Assembly (NCBI GenBank): GCA_002269645.1
Contig: NIVC01001860.1
Location: forward strand, 164,990 to 228,989
Length of the DNA: 64,000 bases
From: Macrostomum lignano
Lineage: Eukaryota
Direction: 5' to 3'
The translations under genes were made by a program, and so were the position numbers. The notes under the pieces are model-generated. The model was not told the origin of the DNA. It saw only the letters and a list, made by a program, of their open reading frames with translations, and made no database searches. Each line of letters begins with the position of its first letter. Position 1 is the stretch's first letter. Below are positions 25,596 through 35,810 of this stretch, piece by piece.

Positions 25596-26413
25596 TGTAG
25601 AAGGGTCTATGTTTTAATTAGTATTTTTTGCGAAATTAAATTCCCGCCAAATAACAAATACTGTATATTTTTGTTTAAATGCATTATTTTGTTTAAACGT
25701 AGAAATTTTGTTTTAGTAAGGTGAAATAATTTTGTTTTAATTTGATGTTGTTTTAATGCATGTTACACGAGCCAATTAGACGAGACTGTAACCACTATAA
25801 AAATAAGGCCACAAAAGAACGTTTAACCTCAACCTTTCGGGTTCCTAATCAGTTAACAGGAAATTAAGATTTCTTGGTTCTTCTGAATTAGTCCTTTGAA
25901 GCAGTATTGCAGACTAAGTTACCGTGTTGGATAGCAGAAAGCATTTTGCCAGTACAGTGATAAGCAGGGATTGCTAATTAAAGAGGGTGGAATACCCAGT
26001 AAAGAGGGTGGAATACCCAGTGCAAAGAGGGTGGAATACCCAGTACAAAGGGTGGAATACCCAATGTAGAAAGGTTGGATTACCCAGGAAGGGAGAATTT
26101 TCAGGTTGCTCAGATTAGCGTAATGCAGTTCTAAGTCGTGAGAGACAGTAATAAAGGAAGCCGGAAACCCCTCGGTCTGTGGTAAACGCCGTGTTTGGAC
26201 TGGATAATTTTAGGAATTTAGCAGTAGTCAGCAGTGTCTTGCCGCTCGGGCACTGAAGCTACCAAGGGTAACTCGTAGCGACGATAGCCCATAACGTAAA
26301 AGTACATATAAGTATAGAAATAGGATTCTTAGAAATAGCAAATTTAGCAGTTTTAGTACAGTTCAGTGATTCAGCTTTAGAATTAAATAGAGAGAGCCAG
26401 AAGGCCTGCTACA
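25596..26413 (+). repeat. 5' LTR (818 bp)
   Basis: TGTAG...CTACA inverted termini. About 98% identical to 33646-34463 (about 17 substitutions by eye). Internal tandem aaagagggtggaatacccagt repeats at 25980-26087. Confidence 0.95.
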
Positions 26414-26416
26414 ACT

Positions 26417-26427
26417 TGGTGGCAGCG
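26417..26427 (+). other. Primer-binding site TGGTGGCAGCG (tRNA-Leu type)
   Basis: Starts 3 nt after the LTR CA. Matches the first 11 nt of the complement of the metazoan tRNA-Leu(AAG/UAG) 3' end (TGGTGGCAGCGGTGGGAT, recalled). Confidence 0.75.
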
Positions 26428-27170
26428 TAAAGGATTGAGGAACCGGCAAGAATCTAGTATAGTGTTTTAAGTAGTTAAAAGTACATTTCAAAAGTACATT
26501 CGGATAAGATGGCTGCAAGAATTAATGATGCAATTGCACTTTTAGCTGAGGAGATTAGGAATAGATTAGAGCTAGGACCATTGAGGCATGTGAAGATACA
26601 GAAGTTTACGCCTAGTCAGGATATTAGGATTTAGCTCACTGCTTTCAACCAGAGGTGCGAAGCAGAAGGAATAGAAGTAGAGCATAGGAAGACTGAGCTA
26701 CTAGCTAACTTAGATCTAGCGACAGCATTTGCTGCAGTGCAAAGGTTGAATTTGCCTGATGAACTAACTTACGAGGAGTTTAAGGAGCGCTTAGTAGAGA
26801 GGTTTGGTAGGATAGGTAGTGCATCAGAATTTTAGGAGGAATTCCATGGAAGAATGCAGGGTAGGAACGAGACTGCGGAAGCTTATGCCGACGCATTGAT
26901 TGAGTTGTCCACAAGGGCTTTTCCGAATATGAACGCTGAACAGCGCGAGGAAGAAGTTGTTGAACAGTTTATTAAGGGGGTAAGAATCCCAACAGACACT
27001 AGGGAGAAGCTAATTTTTGCGCAGCCAGCTAATCTGCAGGAGGCTAGGAGAATGTTGCATAGGATTGAAGCAGCCTGGCATATGTCACACAAAGGAGGTG
27101 TGAAGATGGTGAAGGAGGGAGAGGATGAGCAGCAGAAGCTACAGGAGCTGGTGAGACAGCAGAAGGATGA

Positions 27171-28309
27171 TCGTCTTGAGTCACCGGCCATGCTTCAGAC
27201 GAGTAGGCCTGTGGCTCCTGAGCCTTGCCGGTATCCACATCGGAGACATAGACCGCCAGCACTACCCGGCTCTCCCGCCGTGGCACTTAGCCGACCAGGC
27301 GATCACCATCGCTACCGATCTCGCCCGGCCGACCAAAAGATCCGACCCACTGGAGGCCCGCCGTGCTGCGGCAGAAGCCACCTTGGCCCTGTTACCGAGC
27401 GCCGACTGCACCATCTGGACGGACGGCTCCGTTAGCCCGGACGGCACTGCTGCCGGCGGAGGTGCTCTCCTCACTGCCGAATCCATCGAGGCACTCCGCA
27501 TGTCCATCCGCCAGCAAGCCGGAAAGTGGTGCAGTAGCACCCACGCTGAATTGGTCGCCATCGAGGCAGCGATAAGAGCCCTACGTCAAACCCTCGACAC
27601 CATCGGCAACCCGCGGCTCTCGGTTCACATCTGTACCGACTCACGATCAGGCCTTCAGGCCATCAACCAAGGCCCGTACCGTTCTACTAATTCGCTCGTC
27701 CTCACGATCTGGCGACTCATCACCGACCTCCCAGCTCAGACCAGGCTCCACTTCCAATGGGTTCCTGGCCACGCGGACATTGCTGGTAACGAGGCGGCGG
27801 ACGCCCTCGCCCGCGAAGCTGCAGAATTGGAACCGAACACCGCGCAACTTTCCCAGGCCTCCGCCAAAAATGCCGTCCGCCACGTACTGTCCAATTGGAG
27901 AACTGCGCGGGACCGCACGCATCCGCACCTGACTCCGACGCCAGGCCACGATGACCTTCCCAGGTGGGGCCAGGTGACGGTCAGCCAAATCCGCACTAAG
28001 AAATCCCCCCTGACTTGCGACACCCTGTTTCGGTTCGGCCTCGCTCAGAACGACCGATGCGCCGACTGCGGAGAACCGGACTCGGTCGATCATCTTATGC
28101 TCTACTGCCCCTGCCACCACCAGGCCCGCATCCGCACCTGGGGCGGGGTGGTCATTTCCTGGAACGACGTTCTCGAGGGTGGCGGCGCCCTCATCTGTGA
28201 CTACCTCAAGAGGGTGGGTCGGACCGAGCCGCCCATTGACGACCCTGGCGGCCACCCGGCCCCGCCCCGGCCGCCTGCGAGCGGTCGGAGGTCGGAGTGA
28301 AGAAAAGAA
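27171..28309 (+). mobile_element. 5'-truncated I-group (Ingi/I/Loa/R1-like) LINE with RNase H, inserted in gag
   Basis: RNase H motifs IWTDGS, AELVAI, ICTDSRS and WVPGHADIAGNEAADALA. C-terminal CADC...H....C knuckle. A-rich tail. 13-bp TSD agcagaaggatga at 27158-27170 and 28310-28322. Confidence 0.92.
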
Positions 28310-28604
28310 AGCAGAAGGATGAGCTGGAACAGCAGAGGAAGAGAATTGAAGAGCTCATGGCGTATAAGCCACTGTACAAGCCAGGGCCTCAGCCATGTCC
28401 AGCTCAGATGCCACGTCAAGCATCTCAGCAGCAGCCGGCGTTTCAGCCACGAATTTCGAATATGTATTGGCCCAGGCCAAGGAGTGAGTTTGTAGGCAAA
28501 TCATTTGTGCCACAGCCAGGAAAGTGTGCAGTCTGCCAGAATCTGGGACCGATAAGGCCTGGTTTGGATCACCAGTGCCGCTTGTTCCGTAATCGAGGTA
28601 ATCA

Positions 28605-28611
28605 GGGAAAC
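28605..28611 (+). other. -1 ribosomal frameshift slippery site G GGA AAC at the gag-pro junction
   Basis: X XXY YYZ heptamer in the gag frame directly before the TAG. The -1 frame is open into the protease ORF. A GC-rich stem (gagg...gacg aggcca cgtc cctc) follows. Confidence 0.75.
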
Positions 28612-29765
28612 TAGAGTTCGAGGGCCGAGAGACGAGGCCACGTCCCTCCAGAAAATTTAATTGCAAAGTGAAGGCCTCTAAGTGCGATTCTGAAGGTTGG
28701 CAAACTGTCCCCATTCAAAAGAGACATATGCGTGATGCAACTGTATATAATGCATTTAATGCACCTGCGTCTGCACCATCTGTATTTTCTGCGTCTGCAC
28801 CATCTGCATCTGCACCATCTGCATCCGCCACATCGCAATATGTTGTCCCTGCATCTGCTGTTGACAAGTCAGCATCAGCCGATGAGCCCCGAGAAGAAGA
28901 AGAATCTGCACCCGAAGCAAGCCAACCAAAGCCAAAGAAGGTAAGCAAGTGCAAAGTTTTTGTCAAATCTAAGGTAGAACTAGTGAATCATAAAAGTTAT
29001 GAGGCAATAGTAGTAGGCGATATAGAAAAGCAGGAGGTAGACTTTTTATTAGACACGGGTGCTAGAAGCAATTTCTTAAGCCGATCAGTGTGGTCAAAAT
29101 TATTCAAACAAGATCAAATTAGGGAGACGAATAAGAGAGTTTCCACATTCGATGGAACGAGAGTTCAGTTAGATGGCGAAGTGCGTGCTGCAGTGAAATT
29201 CGGAGACTTTGAGATCGAAATTGATTTCTTACTATGTAGCCACGAGTGTGACAACATACTTGGAATGGAGTTTTTCCTAGAGCAGTGTGAGAGCATTCAT
29301 CTAACAAAAGGCATGCTCATCTTGAAAGAAGGAACGTGTATTCCTATGCAATACACCCACCTTCTAGTAAAGGTTTGCCGAGTATATACGCAGGAGAAGG
29401 CAGTCATTCTGCCGAATAGTGCACTGCGAATCCCTGTGTGCCTAGCGAAAAATTCTGAAGCTAATTATGGAGCTCCGATGACAATTGAGACAATTGGAGA
29501 AGGCGTGAATGCCAGTAGAGAAGGCGTGAAAGCCAGTGAACCTGTGAACGAAGAAGGCGTGAGTGCCAGTAGAGAAGGCGTAAAAGCCAGTGAATCTGTG
29601 AATGAAGAAGGCGTGAGTGCCAGTAGAGAAGGCGTGAAAGCCAGTGAACCTGTGAACGAAGAAGGCGTGAGTGCCAGTAGAGAAGGCGTGAAAGCCAGTG
29701 AATCTGTGAATGGAGATGGCGTGAGTGTCATGAGAGAAGGCGTGAAAGCCGTGGAAAACTATTGA
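28605..29765 (+). CDS. Gypsy aspartic protease ORF ending in a 54-bp x4 repeat
   Basis: VDFLLDTGARSNFLS and ILGMEF motifs, then (EGVSASREGVKASEPVNE)x4 and a stop at 29765. Confidence 0.85.
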   Translation, partial: GKLEFEGRETRPRPSRKFNCKVKASKCDSEGWQTVPIQKRHMRDATVYNAFNAPASAPSVFSASAPSASAPSASATSQYVVPASAVDKSASADEPREEEESAPEASQPKPKKVSKCKVFVKSKVELVNHKSYEAIVVGDIEKQEVDFLLDTGARSNFLSRSVWSKLFKQDQIRETNKRVSTFDGTRVQLDGEVRAAVKFGDFEIEIDFLLCSHECDNILGMEFFLEQCESIHLTKGMLILKEGTCIPMQYTHLLVKVCRVYTQEKAVILPNSALRIPVCLAKNSEANYGAPMTIETIGEGVNASREGVKASEPVNEEGVSASREGVKASESVNEEGVSASREGVKASEPVNEEGVSASREGVKASESVNGDGVSVMREGVKAVENY

Positions 29766-29772
29766 TGGAGAG

Positions 29773-31802
29773 ATGCAGACTCCGCATCCCACTGATTCAG
29801 AATCTAGGATCGAGTCATTAATCTCGGGAGAGAAAGGTGTGAAAGGAACTGATGTGTCAGCACTGAGTTCTAGCACTATGCAACTGAACCGAGACACTGA
29901 TCCTGAACACATGAAGAATGATACGCCTAAAGTTGAAAAATTATTGACTGATTATTTGCTAGTACCTTTGAAGAGGGAACAGATTGTAAAAGCTCAGAGA
30001 GAGGACTCAGCAATTTGCACTTTGGCCAAATGGAAGCAAGACAAGCTGTTAGTTCCCCCATCTCAAGAGAGTGTTTCACCAGAGTTAAAGCAGTTAAGCA
30101 AGCATTATGAGAAAATGAAGCTAGAAAAGGATATGCTCCTTATTGAAGAGGATGAGAAATGGAAAGTCGTCTTGCCTAGATCCTTGGACAAGCTAGTTCT
30201 TAGCGATCTACATGATAGCCCACTAGCCGGACACTTAGGCAGAGATAAGACAATCCAGCAAGTTAAGGAGAGAGTTTGGAGACCAGGTTTAGTGACTGAG
30301 GTAGAGAAATATGTGGCAGAGTGTATTCCATGCCTAGAGAGCAAGAGAGGTCACAAGATTCAGGCGCCAGTGCAGTCATTTCCAATTAGTGAACTGTTTC
30401 ATAGATTGCATATAGACGTGATCGGGCCGATCTCAAAAGTAAGCAAGAGAGGGCACCAGTACGTTTTAACTATAGTGGACAGTAACACGCGATACCCGTT
30501 TGCTTTCCCAATGCGTAATCAGAAGGCAGACACGATTATCAAGTTATTACAAAAAAGAGTGTTCAGTGAGTATGGCCAGTGCCATTGGATCCACACATTT
30601 TGTATAATGTTAAGCATATGTGCACAACCCCATACCATGCCCAAAGTAATGGTTTGGTAGAGCAATTTAATAAACAAATTAAATCAATTATTACTTGCTT
30701 AATAGAGAAAGACCATAGCGATTAGGATCTGTTAATCCCAGCAGCATTAGTAGCAGTCAGAACCAGTGTGAATCAGACCACCGGATATTCACCTCATTTT
30801 CTATTATTCTGAAGAGAAGCAGTTTTACCTATGGATAGTGAGCTTAGAAAGTCGAGTAATTACGCTAATTATCCAACGTATGTTGCCAAACATGCTAAGA
30901 GGCTGGAGAGTGCAAGGAAGCTCGTGAGAGAGAAGTACGAGAAGGTGCATAGCCATAGACAGGAAAATGCAGAAAATCAGAAAAAGCCCAAAAATATCGC
31001 ACTAGGAAGTTTAGTATTAATCAATAATCTGCAATTAGAGAACGAGGAGTCAAATAAATTTCATAGGAAGAAGAGAGCAGCTTACAGAGTGCTGAAGCAG
31101 ATTTCAGAAGTTGTCTTTAAAATTCAGAAGGAAGAAAATGGAGAATTAACAGGCAATAAACTAATAGTGCATAGAGACAACATGACATTAGTACCGAACT
31201 CAGTCAAAGAGCCAATAGACAAGGGAGGCCAGCCCAGTATGCCGACTGCAGAGCTTCAAGATAAGGGAAGCCAGGCGGCAGAGGCAAAACGCAAGGGAAG
31301 CCAGCCCAAGAAGAAGACCAGAACTAGACCAACTAAGAAGTTATGTGAACAAGAAGAAGAGTCATCATCATCAGATGAAGAAGACCAAATCAATTGGCAG
31401 TGCAAACTCCGTGATGGAAATGAATCTGTAAGAGGAAGCGATTTAGAGATAGGAGCAGAAGTAGAAGTTAGGGAAGAAGGAAGCGAAGGTGAGAATCCAC
31501 AGCGTGAGAGCTCAGAAGAGGAGATTGAGGAAGAAATCGAAGCAGAGAGTGAGGAAAGTGAGAAGGGTGAGGAATCAGAGCTTGAGCACGAGGGAGAGAG
31601 AGAAAGTGAGGAGGAGGTTGCACGCGAGCACAGTGAGTCAAAGGAGGAGATATCGCATACCGAGCAGAGTGAGAGACAGGATGACGCAATACCAGCTAAA
31701 AGGTATAACACGCGCAGTCAGACCAAGCCTCCAAACAGATGTCAGTGCTATCTGAAAAGGCTAATCTCTGTGTGGAGCCTATTAGAGAGACTAAAATTCT
31801 GA
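29773..31802 (+). pseudogene. Gypsy integrase (frameshifted, core partly deleted) with acidic C-terminal tail
   Basis: HDSPLAGHLG...CIPC zinc finger; HIDVIGP (first catalytic D); TTPYHAQSNGLVE in another frame. The SDxG motif is missing. Internal stops are present. Confidence 0.85.
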
Positions 31803-31884
31803 GTCAGGGAAGAATTGATAGCAAGGGTAAGGCACAGAGCAAGCAAACAAGTGGGAGTTCATTGGGTAAGGGAAGGAAATCAGA

Positions 31885-32037
31885 GCAGCCAATTAGAAGC
31901 CAGCTATTGGGAAGGCCAGGAGTGGTCAACTGGGAAATCAGGGCGGTCAGCCAATGAAAATTCAGCTTTTGATTAAATGGATTGATGGGCAAATTAAAAC
32001 AAACAACACCTGGGGTGGGGTGCCACGCCTATATAAA
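31885..32037 (+). promoter_or_regulatory. Putative internal promoter for ORF3
   Basis: CCAAT at 31889 and 31951, TATATAAA at 32030-32037, about 100 nt before ATG 32136. Confidence 0.45.
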
Positions 32038-32135
32038 CAAACACCCAGAGGCGAGAGGAAGTCAATTATAGTCGTGTTGACAGCTAGTAACCGTTTTGGT
32101 ATCGATTGACCGTGTTGGATTGCGATAGTTCCATA

Positions 32136-33242
32136 ATGGAAGATACAATTGACATAATGGCGGAAGACGATATTTTAGACAAAATTTTAGCTGACATTGA
32201 GGTAGGAAGTGTAGAGGAAATTGAAGGAAGTGCGAGTGCAAAGTCATCAGGAGACAACGCTGTGATGGCAGCGGGACCGGCAAAGACGTCAGGTGACGAC
32301 GCTGTGATGGCAGCAACGATGAAGTCGCCAGGAGATGACACCGTGATGGCAGCAGCAGCGACGGTAAGGTCCGACAGCAGTGCCGTGATGGTAGAAGATG
32401 AAGAGGACTGTCCGAACAAGCGGCTGAAGTCGGTAGTCATTAAGAGGACATCAACTGAGGCAGAAGGTGCGCAGTCGGCGAAGCGGCCTGCTCTAGGGAA
32501 CCAGTCATTAGTTCCACATGATCCAAAGGCCCGAGCGTGGCTGTTAAGCGACCAAGCTAACAGGCCAGTGCCTGTCATTCCGGCCATTATGAAGCAGCAA
32601 CCACAGGGCGCCAAGAGCGCTATATGTCTCGCTAGTCAGTACCAGCTGATTCAGCCGAAGCCACCGACAGTAGCTGGCGGGCAAGGACAGGCGGCAGCAA
32701 CAGCATCGGCGACAGCCAGCCGTCGAGGGCCATCAGCAGCCTCAGCAGCAGCAGCAGCGATCGGCGGGCAGCCTGCGCCAAGGTTGACGACAGCGCCAGC
32801 GCCAGCGCCGACCACGATCCTGAAGCGGTCACAGGATGCGGCAGCTTGCAGTTCAGCCAGTGCCGCAGACCTCAGTCTAGGATCTGACTTCCCGGCCGTG
32901 CTCGACCGAATCCCGAGAGCTCAACATGATCAGTTGAAACGCTTTATTAAAATGCTTAAGGGACATTTGATGCGCATGGCGTATCTACGCACCGATCGGC
33001 CAACTCCATGTCGGTGCACACAGGCCAAACCAGTGTTGCGCCTGCTGACGCAGCAGTTCGATCTAGAGTCAAGAATCGCAGCATGGCGCCGAGCCGTGCA
33101 ATACGCGCTGCACGATCTGACACAAGCTGGGCAAACATTTCATCGGCTATTGCTGCAAATCAAGATCCGCTGGATGGCGGACCAGCTTGGCTGGCCATAC
33201 CATGACCAACTGCCTGAGGAGTTCAAACTGGAACGCAATTAA
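32136..33242 (+). CDS. Extra ORF3 of the LTR element, 368 aa, unknown function
   Basis: Intact ORF between integrase and the 3' LTR. Acidic and Ala/Pro-rich N-terminal two thirds, helical basic C-terminal domain. No obvious signal peptide or TM segment. Confidence 0.75.
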   Translation: MEDTIDIMAEDDILDKILADIEVGSVEEIEGSASAKSSGDNAVMAAGPAKTSGDDAVMAATMKSPGDDTVMAAAATVRSDSSAVMVEDEEDCPNKRLKSVVIKRTSTEAEGAQSAKRPALGNQSLVPHDPKARAWLLSDQANRPVPVIPAIMKQQPQGAKSAICLASQYQLIQPKPPTVAGGQGQAAATASATASRRGPSAASAAAAAIGGQPAPRLTTAPAPAPTTILKRSQDAAACSSASAADLSLGSDFPAVLDRIPRAQHDQLKRFIKMLKGHLMRMAYLRTDRPTPCRCTQAKPVLRLLTQQFDLESRIAAWRRAVQYALHDLTQAGQTFHRLLLQIKIRWMADQLGWPYHDQLPEEFKLERN

Positions 33243-33645
33243 GTACATCTTGACTATTTGAACTAACTTTTGCAATTGAATTACTTTTATTACTAGGACA
33301 ATACCTTTTCTCTTTTAAACTTGCTTATTCTGCGTGAATTCTATGCCAACGCTATTTTGAATTTGCTTATTTTGTGCTATTTTTTCTTTGCCTTGCATGA
33401 CATTTTTGTACTCATTCTTTGTGAAGTAGCTTTTATAAATTTCTTATCTTCTGCATGCACAATTTTTATTTCTGGTAAACAGTTGTTTGATGATTTAGTG
33501 CTTTTCGAATGTATATGTATATTTTTTGCAATTACATTTATCATTTCATGCCATTACCACATTGCTCAATTTTTGATGAATATGTATTTTTGTGTATCAT
33601 TTTGTTCACTTAAAAATTCGCAAAATAATATTCAGGGAAGCCAAT

Positions 33646-34463
33646 TGTAGAAGGGTCTATGGTTTAATTAGTATTTTTCGCGAAATTAAATTCCCGCCAA
33701 TTAACAAATACTGTATATTTTTGTTTTAATGCATTATTTTGTTTAAATGTAGAAATTTTGTTTTAGTAAGGTGAAATAATTTTGTTTTAATTTGATGTTG
33801 TTTTAATGCATGTTACACGAGCCAATTAGACGAGACTGTAACCACTATAAATATAAGGCCACAATAGAACATTTAACCTCAACCTTTCGGGTTCCTAATC
33901 AGTTAACAGGAAATTAAGATTTCTTGGTTCTTCTGAATTAGTCCTTTGAAGCAGTATTGCAGACTAAGTTACCGTGTTGGATAGCAGAAAGCGTTTTGCC
34001 AGTACAGTGATAAGCAGGGATTGCTGATTAAAGAGGGTGGAATACCCAGTAAAGAGGGTGGAATACCCAGTGCAAAGAAGGTGGAATACCCAGTACAAAG
34101 GGTGGAATACCCAATGTAGAAAGGTTGGATTACCCAGGAAGGGAGAATTTTCAGGTTGCTCAGATTAGCGTAATGCAGTTCTAAGTTGTGAGAGACAGTA
34201 ATAAAGGAAGCCGGAAACCCCTCGGTCTGTGGTAAATGCCGTGTTTGGACTGGATAATTTTAGGAATTTAGCAGTAGTCAGCAGTGTCTTGCCACTCGGG
34301 CACTGAAGCTACCAAGGGTAACTCGTAGCGACGATAGCCCATAATGTAAAAGTACATATAAGTATAGAAATAGGATTCTTAGAAATAGCAAATTTAGCAG
34401 TTTTAGTACAGTTCAGTGATTAAGCTTTAGAATTAAATAGAGAGAGCCAGAAGGCCTGCTACA
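33646..34463 (+). repeat. 3' LTR core (818 bp)
   Basis: Collinear with the 5' LTR. Preceded by a short purine tract cagggaagcc. Confidence 0.95.
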
Positions 34464-34619
34464 ACTTGGTATCAGCTGTGGGATCCAGTAGAAATAGAGA
34501 GAACGCCTACGACAATTTTGTGGCATTTAGTGGGATTCTGAGAGATAGAGGAAGCAACCCTACAACAACTTGGTGACAAGTCGGTGGGATATTATAAATT
34601 AGCGAAGGGACCTGCAACA
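34464..34619 (+). repeat. Array of three (PBS-like + LTR-end-like) cassettes extending the 3' LTR
   Basis: CA-ending units at 34463, 34514, 34567 and 34619. The first three are each followed by T(G/T)GT...GTGGGAT; the last is followed by the TSD CAAG. Confidence 0.8.
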
Positions 34620-35810
34620 CAAGTTTAAGGTCAGATCTACAATTCAATAAACTCAGTCAATAGTCTAGAACAATTTGGTTTATAGGGAATTACTATAATG
34701 TTATGACTTTTGGGGAGAATTGCTAAGATATCAAGGCTTAGGCCCTATACTAGTTATAGGCCCTACTAAGGGAAGAATCAATGAGCTGTCAAAGCTAGGC
34801 CTAAAGATGCTAAATACTACTAGATGGTTCACTTTAATATATTTAGCAAAACTACTCTATATTTAATAATTATTTATTTAAATATATTTATTTATTTATT
34901 TATTAATTATTTATTTACCTAGCTAGCCTATTTATTTATTTACCTAGCTCCAACCTCCAATAGTATATTTTGATCCATTGCCAAGCTTGGCCATAGACAA
35001 CAGAATTGAAAGCAGACAGCTAAGTTTTGCATATGATGCCTACACCTACTCATAGATATAAGATAGACATAGGGCCTAGACTTAGGCTTATAAGTTATAG
35101 ACAGCACAGCACATCATGGGCTAATTAAAATAGTTAGGCCCTATGACTAGGCCTAGTTAAATTAAAATTGTGCTTTCTACTACTTAAAAAAGAATAAGCT
35201 GAATATAAGATAAACATAACAACCTAAGCCCTAGCCTAGCCCTAGGTTAGACCAAAGCCAATCTACAGCCTATAGAGTATAGGCCTATAATAGGCCTAGG
35301 GCTAGGCTAGGCCCCCCTAGGCTTAGACTATAAGGCCTAGGCGTGTCGACTATTATAAGCATTTAGGTCTATTACTACTAGACTAACCACTATAAAAACT
35401 TACGGCTAATAAAAAAAATTCATGCATATCCTTCAAAATACTATCGATGCTATTCGCTTACGTAGACCATTCTAATTATTCTATCCATTATCTCCGACGG
35501 CTGAATATGCCAGTGATTACTTGCTTACAAGCTAGTACATGTCGTAAAGATGCTAAGTAGTTTGTCCATTTTTTAATTTAAATGTTGTGAAAATAAGTTC
35601 TATAATATTTTTAATAATAATTGTTCGAAATTTTTCACTTCTATCACGAAACATTTTCTGATTTGTTATTCTACGCATCTATGTTTTAATCGACATTTTT
35701 CAACTTACAACGGAGGTTCCTATTTTTGCTGTCATTCGCGTAGTAGGGTTACTATTCATTTTTAATTTTGTCACATACCACATTATCACCGTAAACGTTT
35801 TTAAAGCAAA

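Larger units (their letters stand above)
26509..28614 (+). pseudogene. Gypsy gag (disrupted by two TAG stops and a LINE insertion)
   Basis: ATG at 26509. Capsid-like EFKERLVERF and QGRNETAEAYADAL..L...AFP, EQFIKG. Rejoins across the insertion as QQKDE|LEQQRKR. C-terminal CAVC...H..C knuckle-like motif. Confidence 0.85.
25596..34619 (+). mobile_element. Ty3/Gypsy LTR retrotransposon (degenerate; gag-PR-IN plus ORF3, no RT/RNase H)
   Basis: Two 818-bp LTRs (TGTAG...CTACA), a tRNA-Leu-type PBS, gag, DTG protease and an HHCC integrase. TSD CAAG at 25592-25595 and 34620-34623. Confidence 0.93.

Noticed and set aside
26630-30730. Probable TGG-to-TAG stops in gag and integrase as APOBEC-like editing
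   Set aside because: Only two such cases, and the LTR differences show no G-to-A strand bias.
34464-34619. CRISPR-like repeat-spacer interpretation of the 52-bp array
   Set aside because: Eukaryotic context, no cas genes, and the units are explained as LTR-end plus PBS homologues rather than identical repeats with unique spacers.
34700-35400. TAGGCC/CCTAGG-rich AT tract (similar at 60950-61250) as part of the retrotransposon
   Set aside because: It lies outside the CAAG TSD and is low-complexity host sequence with no defined unit.
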